Virus record (IMG/VR): IMGVR_UViG_3300035698_029335
Coordinates: 13,459 to 77,458 of that record
Length of the DNA stretch: 64,000 bases
From: a virus
Strand: one strand, 5' to 3'
The position numbers and the translations under genes are program-made. Position 1 is the first letter of the stretch. Every line of letters begins with the position of its first letter. The notes below the pieces were generated by a model. That model saw nothing but the letters and a program-made list of their open reading frames with translations, was not told where the DNA came from and made no database searches. Below, piece by piece: positions 9,602 to 18,213 of this stretch.

Positions 9602-10597
9602 TTATCCCAATAATTTAAGGTTGTGTCTTATGGAGCGCGTACTAAAGCCCCACTGTTCATCATAATCTAGCTTTGCCATGTATGGTCTATTCATGTGCAC
9701 AACATCCTTCTTCTTATCATAGCCCCAACACTTGATCCTCGTGACTGTGTTTGTTTCATCGATAGTTTCCAAGATGGCGTAATCTTTTCCTTTTGCCGTT
9801 TTCTTTAGAACAATAGCCTTAGGGATAAACCAAGTTAATTCCATTACTGGATCATATTCAGCTATCGGAGGTACCTTATATGCTTCCAGACGTTCCCTCA
9901 CTGCATCACTCAGTACCATAGCTATAGGATATATACCAGTTAACTGAATAAGGTTCAGTATCCTCTCTTCTCTCGAAAAGTCGCCTTCAGGAGCGTACAA
10001 TTTAATGTTGGCTTCCAGCTGGTCTTTGTTTCTTGGTCGATCGACTGCGACACACGACCAAAAATGCTTAGCCCCAGTGAACCTTTCATCAACTAGCTGC
10101 GCTAGCGCACCTGAACGGCACAATACATCTAAGTTGCCTTTGTTTAGTTTTCCGTATGAAACTCTTTCGTGGAAAAGCAACTCCTCAACGCTATTAAATG
10201 GTCGGTAATTAACTATCTCTTTAATCGCCGCATCACCAACACCCTTTATAGAGCTGAGTGGTTGAATTAGTGTTTTGCTATCTTCTTCAGCAATTTCCCA
10301 CTTTGAACCAGAGGCATTAATATCAAGACCTCTAATTTTATAACCAAGACTCTTAATGATGTTGTTCGCTTCTTCTTTCTTTGCTTCGCCTTGAGCATCC
10401 AAATAAGCAGCCAGCCACTCTGATGGGTGATAAGTCATCAACCAAGCACACTGATAAGAAACCATTGAATATGAAACGGCATGGCTATTCGAGGTCAATG
10501 TACCGTCAGTCAAATAAAATTGATGATCTTCGTGCTCTACCTCTAAGTCATAAGTGTCTATCTCGCCCATTTCTTCACAAGAAATTATCATCGCCAT
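9602..10597 (-). CDS. dnaE: DnaE C-terminal part: 37-aa split-intein C fragment plus 294-aa C-extein
   Basis: TYDLEV...HQFYL.DG.LTSN|SHAVSYS..SYQ.AWL, HhH LSSIKGVG, OB fold; AGGAG SD. Confidence 0.92.
   Translation of the reverse strand: MAMIISCEEMGEIDTYDLEVEHEDHQFYLTDGTLTSNSHAVSYSMVSYQCAWLMTYHPSEWLAAYLDAQGEAKKEEANNIIKSLGYKIRGLDINASGSKWEIAEEDSKTLIQPLSSIKGVGDAAIKEIVNYRPFNSVEELLFHERVSYGKLNKGNLDVLCRSGALAQLVDERFTGAKHFWSCVAVDRPRNKDQLEANIKLYAPEGDFSREERILNLIQLTGIYPIAMVLSDAVRERLEAYKVPPIAEYDPVMELTWFIPKAIVLKKTAKGKDYAILETIDETNTVTRIKCWGYDKKKDVVHMNRPYMAKLDYDEQWGFSTRSIRHNLKLLG
10487..10597 (-). mobile_element. split intein C fragment (DnaE)
   Basis: Blocks F/G ending S-N, followed by +1 Ser. Confidence 0.9.
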
Positions 10598-10629
10598 ATT
10601 CTTCTCCTAATTTGTAGACGCCTTTATTG

Positions 10630-10869
10630 TTACGTCGTATTAATTCTTCTATTACTTCCAAGTGTTTTCGTTCGAATTCTTCTCTTCTGTAGTTGTATAA
10701 ACTCACCCCTACGGATCAGTTTATATTGTATCACATATGTTTGCCCTTCATAGGAGAAACATGGAAGCTCCTGCAATATTTCAACGACAAGAACGAACTT
10801 GCCGCGAATATCATTAAAGCCAGACCAATTCGCACCTGTTAGCACTAAGTCGCCTACTTCGAACTTCAT
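10630..10869 (-). CDS. GDLV-family protein with a non-family C-terminal tail
   Basis: MKFEVGDLVLTGANW...PCF; lacks the family ATIVSK-like end. Confidence 0.6.
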   Translation of the reverse strand: MKFEVGDLVLTGANWSGFNDIRGKFVLVVEILQELPCFSYEGQTYVIQYKLIRRGEFIQLQKRRIRTKTLGSNRRINTT

Positions 10870-11043
10870 TCAATTGCCTTTATCTTCGTGGTTACATAGC
10901 CAATAGCCTGCCACTATCCATCATCACTAGTGTACCTTTGGCGACAAGAATTTTTGTCGTTTTCCTTCTTTTTGTCACCATGGCAACCAGCACCAGAAAT
11001 ATTCCATGCCTTTAATGCATTGAGATTCCTAGTTGCTGCAATT

Positions 11044-11196
11044 TTATTCCTGCGTCTTTTCTTTTTTCTCTTTCCCACATGTCCCACCGGTCGCCATATC
11101 TTCGACGACCTTACAGTCATCACCTGAAAACTCTTCAGACCAATGATCATTCCAGCTTTCACCAGTCAATTGTATGAGATCGCCGACCTGAAACAT
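11044..11196 (-). CDS. short GDLV-family protein (not in the ORF track)
   Basis: MFQVGDLIQLTGESW..., 50 aa. Confidence 0.5.
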   Translation of the reverse strand: MFQVGDLIQLTGESWNDHWSEEFSGDDCKVVEDMATGGTCGKEKKEKTQE

Positions 11197-11207
11197 GTTT
11201 TTTGTCA

Positions 11208-11540
11208 TTATTTTGCCAAGGAGAAGGTGCCATAAACATTATCACCGGTCTCATACTTCAACTCAAAGTCAACTGTTACCTCCTGATCGAACTCTAGTAC
11301 CTCCATGATGATCGTCTTTGCTTTGCGATCATATTCCCAACCAGCTGCAGCGGAACCAGAACAACCAAGCCCTACGACTTCACCATCAGTATGCTCGAAT
11401 GTGTGAGTTCCAGTGCTCAAGTTCTGTGCATTGAGACCGCTTTCGAGGAACATAAATTTAGCCATGTACATTTTCTCGCCGTTTGTCGTGACGAGACTAA
11501 ACTCCTCGAAGCCATGTGAGTCTGTACACACCTTCTTCAC
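11208..11540 (-). CDS. hypothetical protein
   Basis: Co-oriented, coupled ORF. Confidence 0.55.
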   Translation of the reverse strand: MKKVCTDSHGFEEFSLVTTNGEKMYMAKFMFLESGLNAQNLSTGTHTFEHTDGEVVGLGCSGSAAAGWEYDRKAKTIIMEVLEFDQEVTVDFELKYETGDNVYGTFSLAK

Positions 11541-11743
11541 GCAACTACTTTTGAAATCAACTTGATGGTCTCACGTTTGTACAAATTGTTGTCGGTCGCG
11601 TGCACGTCTGGCGTACACCATTCAATTCTGTAAAATCGCATAGCATAAATAATTACTCCAATCACAATGCCATAACCTAGCCTGGCGAACCTTTCGCCTG
11701 AAGCATGTCTCACTAGGTCTCCAATATGAACTTTTCGCATCAC
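11537..11743 (-). CDS. GDLV-family protein
   Basis: IGDLVRH...GIV...YRIEW...IKLISK. Confidence 0.65.
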   Translation of the reverse strand: MMRKVHIGDLVRHASGERFARLGYGIVIGVIIYAMRFYRIEWCTPDVHATDNNLYKRETIKLISKVVA

Positions 11744-11985
11744 AAAACCTTTGTCTTAGCTATCAGAGAAAGGGAAGTTGCGCTTCTGGTGATAATGAGT
11801 TCTCCATACTCTAAGCGATACACAAGCTTGTTGTCCCAATAGTGTGACCTATATTTTTCTACAATTAGAAAAGGTCGAACTGTAGTTATGGGAACCCCGT
11901 CGTTCAGCCGCTCTTCATCAACCAAACAAACTAAATCACCAATTTGAAAACTATAATCATCACAGTCATCATCACAGTCATGCAT
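11740..11985 (-). CDS. GDLV-family protein
   Basis: FQIGDLVCL...LSLIAK. Confidence 0.65.
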   Translation of the reverse strand: MHDCDDDCDDYSFQIGDLVCLVDEERLNDGVPITTVRPFLIVEKYRSHYWDNKLVYRLEYGELIITRSATSLSLIAKTKVL

Positions 11986-11993
11986 TGGGGTCC

Positions 11994-12200
11994 TTAAGTT
12001 GTAGAAACAAGTGAATCACAGGGCATTTCAATTCTCACAGCACACTGATTAATGCGTTTTTCCATTATATGATTTCGCCGGGTATGTGCACCAGAACTGC
12101 ATGCCTTCAAGTAGTTCACTTCTGTTCTTCCTGAAGCTCTCAATAAATAAAGTCTTGCCTCACCTTTACCTAGCTGATAAGATACCATCACATTCATCAT
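11994..12200 (-). CDS. hypothetical protein
   Basis: Co-oriented ORF. Confidence 0.35.
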   Translation of the reverse strand: MMNVMVSYQLGKGEARLYLLRASGRTEVNYLKACSSGAHTRRNHIMEKRINQCAVRIEMPCDSLVSTT

Positions 12201-12430
12201 AACTTTTCTGCTTTCTGTATTAGGAGGAGCGGCTTGTTTGAGCCTTGTTGGTTGCCAAAGAGCGAATGTTTCTCGCCAAAGGCAACAACGTAAGTGAGAT
12301 TTGTATCTGCATAGTTTTGATAGACAGAATCATACACACTAATAACTACACCTATACCATGCTCATTGATCAATTTATTAGAGTATATACTTGAAAGAGA
12401 TACTAAGTCGCCGACCTCTATTTCTTCCAT
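12197..12430 (-). CDS. GDLV-family protein
   Basis: IEVGDLVSL...GIGVV...Y.V.F...LLLIQK. Confidence 0.65.
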   Translation of the reverse strand: MEEIEVGDLVSLSSIYSNKLINEHGIGVVISVYDSVYQNYADTNLTYVVAFGEKHSLFGNQQGSNKPLLLIQKAEKL

Positions 12431-12434
12431 TTTA

Positions 12435-12659
12435 TCACCCTTTCGATATTTTATATTTCTTCCAGTTTCTGAGAGCGCCTCCGTATTCTTCTCGTTCGAC
12501 TACTTCGCAGGTGCCATCAAAAGGACAACTCGTGCCTGAAAGTAAAACATATGAATCATTTATTCCATCTGTAGCAACTACTAGAAATCGACAAGTACCC
12601 GTGTCTTCATTAATATCAATGTCGCTGCTGTATATAAGGTCTCCAACTTTTAGATACAT
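12435..12659 (-). CDS. GDLV-family protein
   Basis: LKVGDLIY. Confidence 0.6.
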   Translation of the reverse strand: MYLKVGDLIYSSDIDINEDTGTCRFLVVATDGINDSYVLLSGTSCPFDGTCEVVEREEYGGALRNWKKYKISKG

Positions 12660-12859
12660 TCTTCTAGCTCCTTTACTCTCGCGACAAGTTTCAAACTAGA
12701 GCCTTTGTGGGTCCTATTTGAATAGGTTGAATGAGGTTTATTATCTTGCCAGAGAATGATATATCTCTCGCCCTTAAAAGCAAAAGTAATTATGCCCAAT
12801 GCATTGTTCAAAATGGGACTCTTCTTGCATACTAAATCGCCTACTTTAAACATCAACAT
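12650..12859 (-). CDS. GDLV-family protein
   Basis: FKVGDLVC...GII...YIILW...LKLVAR. Confidence 0.65.
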   Translation of the reverse strand: MLMFKVGDLVCKKSPILNNALGIITFAFKGERYIILWQDNKPHSTYSNRTHKGSSLKLVARVKELEECI

Positions 12860-12957
12860 AATTATTCGTCCGACAAATTAATTGCCCGTACAACTCTTGC
12901 GACTGGGTTTGTAGCAGCAGCAATCAACTGAAGGTTTGTGGTTTTGATTGCGAAGCT

Positions 12958-13194
12958 TTAAGAAATGCCATACACAAACTCAAGCATAGGCAACTCTTCT
13001 TTGATCTGATGCTTATAGAGGCTATCTTTGGCTCGTGGGTGGTGGTCTGCTTTTAACTCAAAGCCATGCAAACCACACTTTCCAGACCACACTTTCCTAA
13101 TGGCTTGCTCATCTGCAGAAGCAAAATAAATGTCGCCCATTGAAGACGTTCCAGTGCTATCGCACCGCCTAATCAAAACATACATACCCAGCAC
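12958..13194 (-). CDS. hypothetical protein
   Basis: Co-oriented ORF. Confidence 0.45.
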   Translation of the reverse strand: MLGMYVLIRRCDSTGTSSMGDIYFASADEQAIRKVWSGKCGLHGFELKADHHPRAKDSLYKHQIKEELPMLEFVYGIS

Positions 13195-13209
13195 CCTTTC
13201 GTCTGCAAA

Positions 13210-13536
13210 TTATCTTAAAATAGTACCGCGAAAGCATCTTGTTATTGTGTGCCACTCACCGTCCCACGATGAATCACCCAACATCAATTGCCCTTTTTTG
13301 GTGTATACACCAACTCCATCAGTAACACCAAATTCATTCAGCAGACCGTTGAGTCGCTCTCTAGTGGTGGTCGTGTTCCATCCGGCAGTAGTAATGTGCA
13401 GCCCGAGATTAGAGAACTTTGCAATCTTGTTGCCGCGCAAAAACATCTCACCATCACGCACACATGTGTTTGCTTTGCCGAAGTTTTCTCCATCGAAAAA
13501 GGCTGCAGCTGCTTCTTTAGTGATCTTTCGTGACAT
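13210..13536 (-). CDS. hypothetical early protein
   Basis: First gene after a promoter, AGGAG SD; GW.TTTT.ERLN motif. Confidence 0.65.
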   Translation of the reverse strand: MSRKITKEAAAAFFDGENFGKANTCVRDGEMFLRGNKIAKFSNLGLHITTAGWNTTTTRERLNGLLNEFGVTDGVGVYTKKGQLMLGDSSWDGEWHTITRCFRGTILR

Positions 13537-13563
13537 GCGTAGCTCCTGGTTTTTGTTAAATTA

Positions 13564-13592
13564 AGTTTAGCAGATCATTTTGCATTTGTCAA
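13564..13592 (-). promoter_or_regulatory. early promoter, ATGATCTG class
   Basis: TTGACA-aatgcaaa-ATGATCTG-c-TAAACT. Confidence 0.85.
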
Positions 13593-13678
13593 ATATGTTA
13601 CGGCTCATATTCAACCACGCACTGTACCAGCATTAGTTCGTTCTGGTTCCGGTGCGCGAAAAGTGTTTTCGAGTCATC

Positions 13679-13900
13679 TCAACTCCTCAGTTGTTTTCGC
13701 CCATGAGACAATTCAGCAAGAGCAAAGCCTCGAATGAAGGCTTTGAAGAGTGGAATATTACAACCCACTTCACCGCCTTTCTTGACTAGCGTCATTAATT
13801 CATCATGCAACAATGGCACACATGTACCACCATCCTTGAAGTGCATTTTTCCCATTCGCTGAGCTTCTAAGAGTACTTCGCGAGCGTAAATCACAGCCAT
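13679..13900 (-). CDS. hypothetical protein
   Basis: AAGGA SD, co-oriented. Confidence 0.55.
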   Translation of the reverse strand: MAVIYAREVLLEAQRMGKMHFKDGGTCVPLLHDELMTLVKKGGEVGCNIPLFKAFIRGFALAELSHGRKQLRS

Positions 13901-13915
13901 TTTTGTTTCCTTCTT

Positions 13916-14113
13916 TTAAAAGATGCTCTTTTTAGCCGAAAGAGCGCACTGTTCCATCGATTCATCAACTGTGAGAGGTCGCAAGCCCATGATTTTATAG
14001 ATTTTTCCGGTAACTGCACGAATCTTCTTTTCACAGGCGACTGCCTCTGCCAACGTATCAGTGCATGCACAGACTTGCTTTGTTTCGTTCAAGATCACAT
14101 ACATATTGAACAC
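13916..14113 (-). CDS. hypothetical protein
   Basis: Follows a promoter. Confidence 0.5.
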   Translation of the reverse strand: MFNMYVILNETKQVCACTDTLAEAVACEKKIRAVTGKIYKIMGLRPLTVDESMEQCALSAKKSIF

Positions 14114-14133
14114 CTCATCTTTCTTATTTTCTT

Positions 14134-14162
14134 ACTCTACCAGATCATTTTGGTAAAATCAA
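14134..14162 (-). promoter_or_regulatory. early promoter, ATGATCTG class
   Basis: TTGATT-ttaccaaa-ATGATCTG-g-TAGAGT. Confidence 0.7.
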
Positions 14163-14166
14163 CCTT

Positions 14167-14661
14167 CTATTCGCATTTCGTTGAGGCAGGTGGCAATTCG
14201 TTTTGAGTTGCAGTCTTTATTAAGCCGACTCTCTCTGTATCTTCTTCTGTCCAATAAGTATCTTCGCTGTGAGTGGAACCATCATACAACCAGCCGGTCC
14301 TATCTCTAATATCCGTATGGGTTAGTTCGTGCGGCAATGCTAGTGGTATAGTGTATATGTCACTATTGGAAGTATTGTATCCAGTAACACAAATATCATC
14401 TTCTACCATATACGCGTCTTTGTATTGTTGTGTCACATCTAATGCAGCACTAAAGAACTCGATAGTGACTCCTTCATAGTTCCTACCAAGAAGAGCTAAT
14501 ACTCTTTCAGCATACACTCTCTCATCAACGCTCATGCCAATCAAGCATGCTCCAGAAGGCGCACTTTTGTGACCACCCCTTGCGAACTCGTTCTTACATG
14601 GTCCTTCTGGAATACAAGAGTTCATTAAGCAGACGGCAAGTATCATGATAGCATATTTCAT
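14167..14661 (-). CDS. putative lipoprotein with HExxH motif
   Basis: MKYAIMILAVCLMNS-C signal peptide/lipobox; PHELTH. Confidence 0.55.
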   Translation of the reverse strand: MKYAIMILAVCLMNSCIPEGPCKNEFARGGHKSAPSGACLIGMSVDERVYAERVLALLGRNYEGVTIEFFSAALDVTQQYKDAYMVEDDICVTGYNTSNSDIYTIPLALPHELTHTDIRDRTGWLYDGSTHSEDTYWTEEDTERVGLIKTATQNELPPASTKCE

Positions 14662-15221
14662 TCGACTACGCTCTTGATTGCCTTCTTGTCTAAGCCAATA
14701 ATAGCTCTATTAAGTGAACGCATGATGTGTTCCACTTTATTAGTTTCATCTCTGGTTACAGTGTCGGCATTTAGATGAGCTTCAAAGATGCATAGCTGCG
14801 CCACCAACTTTCTCGTTGCAATAATTGCAGTTGCGGTGCACTTATCATGACGACCCTTTACTCGTGCGGCTCGCTGCTGAGCTTCTTTCTTAGTCACGCC
14901 AAAGGCTTTTCTGGCTTCTATACGCTTTTTGTTCCACAATTCAATGATTGGCAACGAGAGATCATCGTCCTTCATGAAGAAGAGGCATGTTCGCTTATTT
15001 GAATTCAAAAAATGTATGAACTCATTCCACAAACCTGCCTCTTCTTGTGAAAGGTCGACATGTCTTGTAGCAGCTGCTTTTGTCATAGCATACGTCTGGG
15101 CTCCTAACGATCTCCTGCTGCTGTCCCAACGATTTGTTATCGACCACATTCGCTCTGTAAATTGCTCCAGGCGCTTCATTATTTCGCTCGCCAACGCTGA
15201 CGGCTCCTTATACTCTTTCAT
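14658..15221 (-). CDS. hypothetical protein
   Basis: GAGG SD, coupled to the next gene. Confidence 0.6.
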   Translation of the reverse strand: MKEYKEPSALASEIMKRLEQFTERMWSITNRWDSSRRSLGAQTYAMTKAAATRHVDLSQEEAGLWNEFIHFLNSNKRTCLFFMKDDDLSLPIIELWNKKRIEARKAFGVTKKEAQQRAARVKGRHDKCTATAIIATRKLVAQLCIFEAHLNADTVTRDETNKVEHIMRSLNRAIIGLDKKAIKSVVE

Positions 15222-15230
15222 CCTTTCCTC

Positions 15231-15395
15231 TTATTTGTATACTTTCGTTAATACACTGCTTGCATGCAAGAGTGTGGCACCTTTGTAGGTGCCAACTACC
15301 CACTCGACGCGTACAAATTGGTAGCCTATAGTTTGCACTATTTTTCCTAAGCTACCAGCTTCCAAGCGTACTTCTTCACCTATCTTAAAATACAT
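15231..15395 (-). CDS. GDLV-like small protein (not in the ORF track)
   Basis: MYFKIGEEVRL..G.LGKIV....VRVEW...LTKV, 54 aa. Confidence 0.55.
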   Translation of the reverse strand: MYFKIGEEVRLEAGSLGKIVQTIGYQFVRVEWVVGTYKGATLLHASSVLTKVYK

Positions 15396-15485
15396 CTCAT
15401 ACTCTTATTAAGGGGTGGGTGAAGTACAATGTCCAGCGGCGAACACAACTCTTATAGCGCTGATGTTTTACCGCTTTAATTATAA

Positions 15486-15806
15486 TCACGCCGATCCGTA
15501 TTTCGTCAGGGCTCGTTCTAGGAAGCCACCATCGAAAAGAGACTCGAACACTTCTTGTGGGATGCCCACCTTTGCGTGACTGAAGCGTGTCTTATTTTGA
15601 GCCATATTGAGGCGCTGTACTGCGATGTGCACCCCGAGCTTACGATTAGGGTTGTCGGCTGGATTCACAACACTGTACGCTGCGTCGAACGTACCATTGT
15701 CGTTTACAGTGTACACTAGGGTGCCCATCAAACGACCTCGCTCCGAGCTGTAATCGTTCTTGTTTTGGTGGAAATGTTTTACTTTAACTTTTTTAACTTC
15801 TTGCAT
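15486..15806 (-). CDS. hypothetical protein
   Basis: GAGGGG SD; D.PNRKLG..IA..RL motif seen in phage proteins. Confidence 0.6.
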   Translation of the reverse strand: MQEVKKVKVKHFHQNKNDYSSERGRLMGTLVYTVNDNGTFDAAYSVVNPADNPNRKLGVHIAVQRLNMAQNKTRFSHAKVGIPQEVFESLFDGGFLERALTKYGSA

Positions 15807-15845
15807 GTGTTCTTCCCTCAGCCTTGAATGGCTATTTGTTTACTG

Positions 15846-16109
15846 TTACTTCTCTTCGTCTTCGTCTATACTTACTGCTCTGCCTTTAATTAATGACAAA
15901 GGCACCCGGCAGCTGCGACCTAAATTCTGTAAGTACACCTCATATATACAGGTTAAATGTCCACCCACAACAGACGTATAAGGTCCTGAAAGAATGTACC
16001 CAACCCCAGCCACAAACTTTCCTTCTTCTTGCTTGTAAAGGCGACGTCGCATCGCGTGATCGCTCATGCTTATTTCGACCAAGTCACCTTCGTGATATAC
16101 TTCTTTCAT
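15846..16109 (-). CDS. GDLV-family protein
   Basis: YHEGDLVEI...GVG.I...YEVY. Confidence 0.6.
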   Translation of the reverse strand: MKEVYHEGDLVEISMSDHAMRRRLYKQEEGKFVAGVGYILSGPYTSVVGGHLTCIYEVYLQNLGRSCRVPLSLIKGRAVSIDEDEEK

Positions 16110-16314
16110 GCTAGTTCACCTTCGGAGAATACACAGCTCGCTAGTTTGATTCTAAGCTCACGAGTCATACAGGTCCCTCTTTTATTCCACAATACTTTAG
16201 CTAAGTGCAGTTGCTCTGCATAAGATACATGTTACCGATGACAATACCTATGTCGCCCTTAGATCCCTCTTCCTCTTGTAGGAGCTGCACTAAGTCGCCG
16301 ATGTTATATTGCAC
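16106..16314 (-). pseudogene. frameshifted GDLV-family gene
   Basis: VQYNIGDLVQL...DIGIVI hits TAG; the other frame continues AKVLW...IKLAS to a stop coupled to the next ATG. Confidence 0.55.
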
Positions 16315-16315
16315 T

Positions 16316-16531
16316 TCAATCTCCTTCGGGTATATATACAGCTTTCGCTAGTTTGACGTATGAGGCGTTATCAATACAGTGAACAGTCTGCCCTTCTAGC
16401 TCTCCCCACGACACCCTAATATAACGATCGTGCATTATATCGATGACAATACCTATATCACACACATGTTTTCCTTGCATGAAATACACTAAATCACCAA
16501 CGCTATAGTGCACCTTTCTTTTCTTCATCAC
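16316..16531 (-). CDS. GDLV-family protein
   Basis: YSVGDLVY...DIGIVI...IRVSW...VKLAK. Confidence 0.65.
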   Translation of the reverse strand: MMKKRKVHYSVGDLVYFMQGKHVCDIGIVIDIMHDRYIRVSWGELEGQTVHCIDNASYVKLAKAVYIPEGD

Positions 16532-16547
16532 TCACCTTGTTGCAGTG

Positions 16548-16599
16548 AAGTGAAGGTGTGACAACAGTGTTATTCAAAGTAGTTGTCACACCTTCACTT
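16548..16599. terminator. 18-bp perfect inverted repeat
   Basis: aagtgaaggtgtgacaac-16nt-gttgtcacaccttcactt; the T-run lies on the plus strand. Confidence 0.5.
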
Positions 16600-16603
16600 T
16601 TTC

Positions 16604-17806
16604 TTAGTAGTCGATAGCCACTACTTTTTCGTGAGTAGTGAAGTATGGATCTTTGGCTCCTCGAGAGTCAGTCATCCACAGTCTAGTACACTTTGAATTG
16701 ATGGGCTTTTCAGCATACATATCTGTCAATACAATGCAGCCATCAAAGCTTCGCTCGTTGATATATCGCGCAGGTGCATTGAAATCAGTACCACCACACA
16801 TCACTCGTTCGTGCGCCTTTCGTTCGTTCTTCTTCCAAATATACACCAAGTTGTCATCAACAACTGTGTCGAAAGGTACAACAGTGAATTCTGCCACTTC
16901 TGCAAGCTTATTCAATTCACTATAGAACGCTGACAACATCATGTCGCTGACTGAGCCAGACTGATCGATTGCGATTGCGATCTTTGCAGTTCTGAGGGTT
17001 TTTCGTCCGCTGTGAATGTATGGGTATCTACGGTTAATCTTCTTGACTGAAGATTGGTGGCTTGATCGTTGTGAGGTCTTCACAAAGTAACGAAGTACCG
17101 ACTTCCAATCAACCTTTGGAGTGATTCGGTCAATGATTTCTTGGCGCATGCTCGATGACACCGTGCCCCAACCACCCTTCATGCTTTGTTGCGCAGCTGA
17201 GGATATCGCCCCTTTCAATCGCTGCCTTGCAAGTTCCTTGATAGCCTCTGGGATCTTTCCGTCTTTCGACCAGCCATTGTGGGAATCAAACCCCTCACCA
17301 TTGCCGTCGCTGTCACCCTCACCGCCTTCGCCGTCGCTTGGCTGACCTCCTGGAATCCTTATTCCCTTCACTCCGAGACCAGATTTGAAATACCACTCTG
17401 CAGATTTCCCGCGCGGCATTTTCAACTTTTCTGGCAAGATTGCCTTAGCGTAAAGTTTCTTGATGTCGTCTCTGGGTTGGGCGGGGAAAATTTCGCTATT
17501 GATCGCTGCATCGGTCGCATAGTTCCATCGCTTTGTCATGCCTTCGGCAGGCATGCGTTCAGTGACATGTCCCAGGACGAGGTGCAGGAATTCATGAATC
17601 AAAACAAGCCTGATCTCTGCATCAGTGAGCTTGGAGAAGAAGTCGGCATTATATAGCATATCAAAACGCCCACTATGTGGGTTGACCCGAACTCCTGCAG
17701 TCGGAATCATCGTCGTAGGCGATTTAGTGACATGGCGGGAGAGTGCAGCATAGAATGGCTCTTCAGCCAAGAGTCGAGCAACGTGCATGTTCAGATCGAA
17801 AGTCAT
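16604..17806 (-). CDS. metallopeptidase-like plus VWA domain protein
   Basis: HEFLH (HExxH), N.ATD.AIN, G/D-rich linker, MIDAS DQSGS, GGTDF, LTD. Confidence 0.85.
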   Translation of the reverse strand: MTFDLNMHVARLLAEEPFYAALSRHVTKSPTTMIPTAGVRVNPHSGRFDMLYNADFFSKLTDAEIRLVLIHEFLHLVLGHVTERMPAEGMTKRWNYATDAAINSEIFPAQPRDDIKKLYAKAILPEKLKMPRGKSAEWYFKSGLGVKGIRIPGGQPSDGEGGEGDSDGNGEGFDSHNGWSKDGKIPEAIKELARQRLKGAISSAAQQSMKGGWGTVSSSMRQEIIDRITPKVDWKSVLRYFVKTSQRSSHQSSVKKINRRYPYIHSGRKTLRTAKIAIAIDQSGSVSDMMLSAFYSELNKLAEVAEFTVVPFDTVVDDNLVYIWKKNERKAHERVMCGGTDFNAPARYINERSFDGCIVLTDMYAEKPINSKCTRLWMTDSRGAKDPYFTTHEKVVAIDY

Positions 17807-17843
17807 CTTTTTTCCTTTTGGTTCTGGTGATCTGCCTGGAAAC

Positions 17844-17872
17844 ATTATAGCAGATCATTGTGGTTATGTCAA
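17844..17872 (-). promoter_or_regulatory. early promoter, ATGATCTG class
   Basis: TTGACA-taaccaca-ATGATCTG-c-TATAAT. Confidence 0.88.
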
Positions 17873-17980
17873 ATACGTTTCCCAAGTATCTTTTTCAGTT
17901 TACATCTGCGATGATCTCGGAAACTTTTCTAATATCTTCAGATTTCATAATGATCCCTGCCTTTCAAAGATCGTAACAAA

Positions 17981-18109
17981 TCATTCTCCTGTTGTCAACG
18001 CTTTGCTTATCATGGTGGCGGAATAGTCACAATGCCCACTATTGAAAGTAATCTCTTCCATTGTACCGTCACTCATTGCGAAGAACGGGTCACCAATCTC
18101 AAACTGCAT
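17981..18109 (-). CDS. internally deleted GDLV-family gene (42 aa)
   Basis: AGGAGG SD; MQFEIGD-PFF...DYSATMISK keeps both family ends. Confidence 0.5.
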   Translation of the reverse strand: MQFEIGDPFFAMSDGTMEEITFNSGHCDYSATMISKALTTGE

Positions 18110-18124
18110 AAATACCTCCTTGCT

Positions 18125-18153
18125 AGGATATCAGATCATCTCACTTCTGTCAA
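18125..18153 (-). promoter_or_regulatory. early promoter, ATGATCTG class
   Basis: TTGACA-gaagtgag-ATGATCTG-a-TATCCT. Confidence 0.8.
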
Positions 18154-18164
18154 CAACTACTCGT

Positions 18165-18193
18165 AAAGAAAAAGAGGGGCTTGCGCCCCCCTC
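18165..18193 (-). terminator. intrinsic terminator after the AAA gene
   Basis: GAGGGG...CCCCTC stem followed by TTTTT. Confidence 0.75.
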
Positions 18194-18213
18194 AATCACC
18201 ATTCAACTACTTC

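Noticed and set aside
10914-11162. 82-aa basic ORF as a real gene
   Set aside because: It overlaps the better-supported GDLV ORF 11044..11196 in another frame; only its 3' half might be coding.
15400-15485. tRNA-like sequence in the intergenic gap
   Set aside because: It has GGTAAAAC and a CAGCG/CGCTG stem, but no acceptor stem or proper TTCRA arm could be built.
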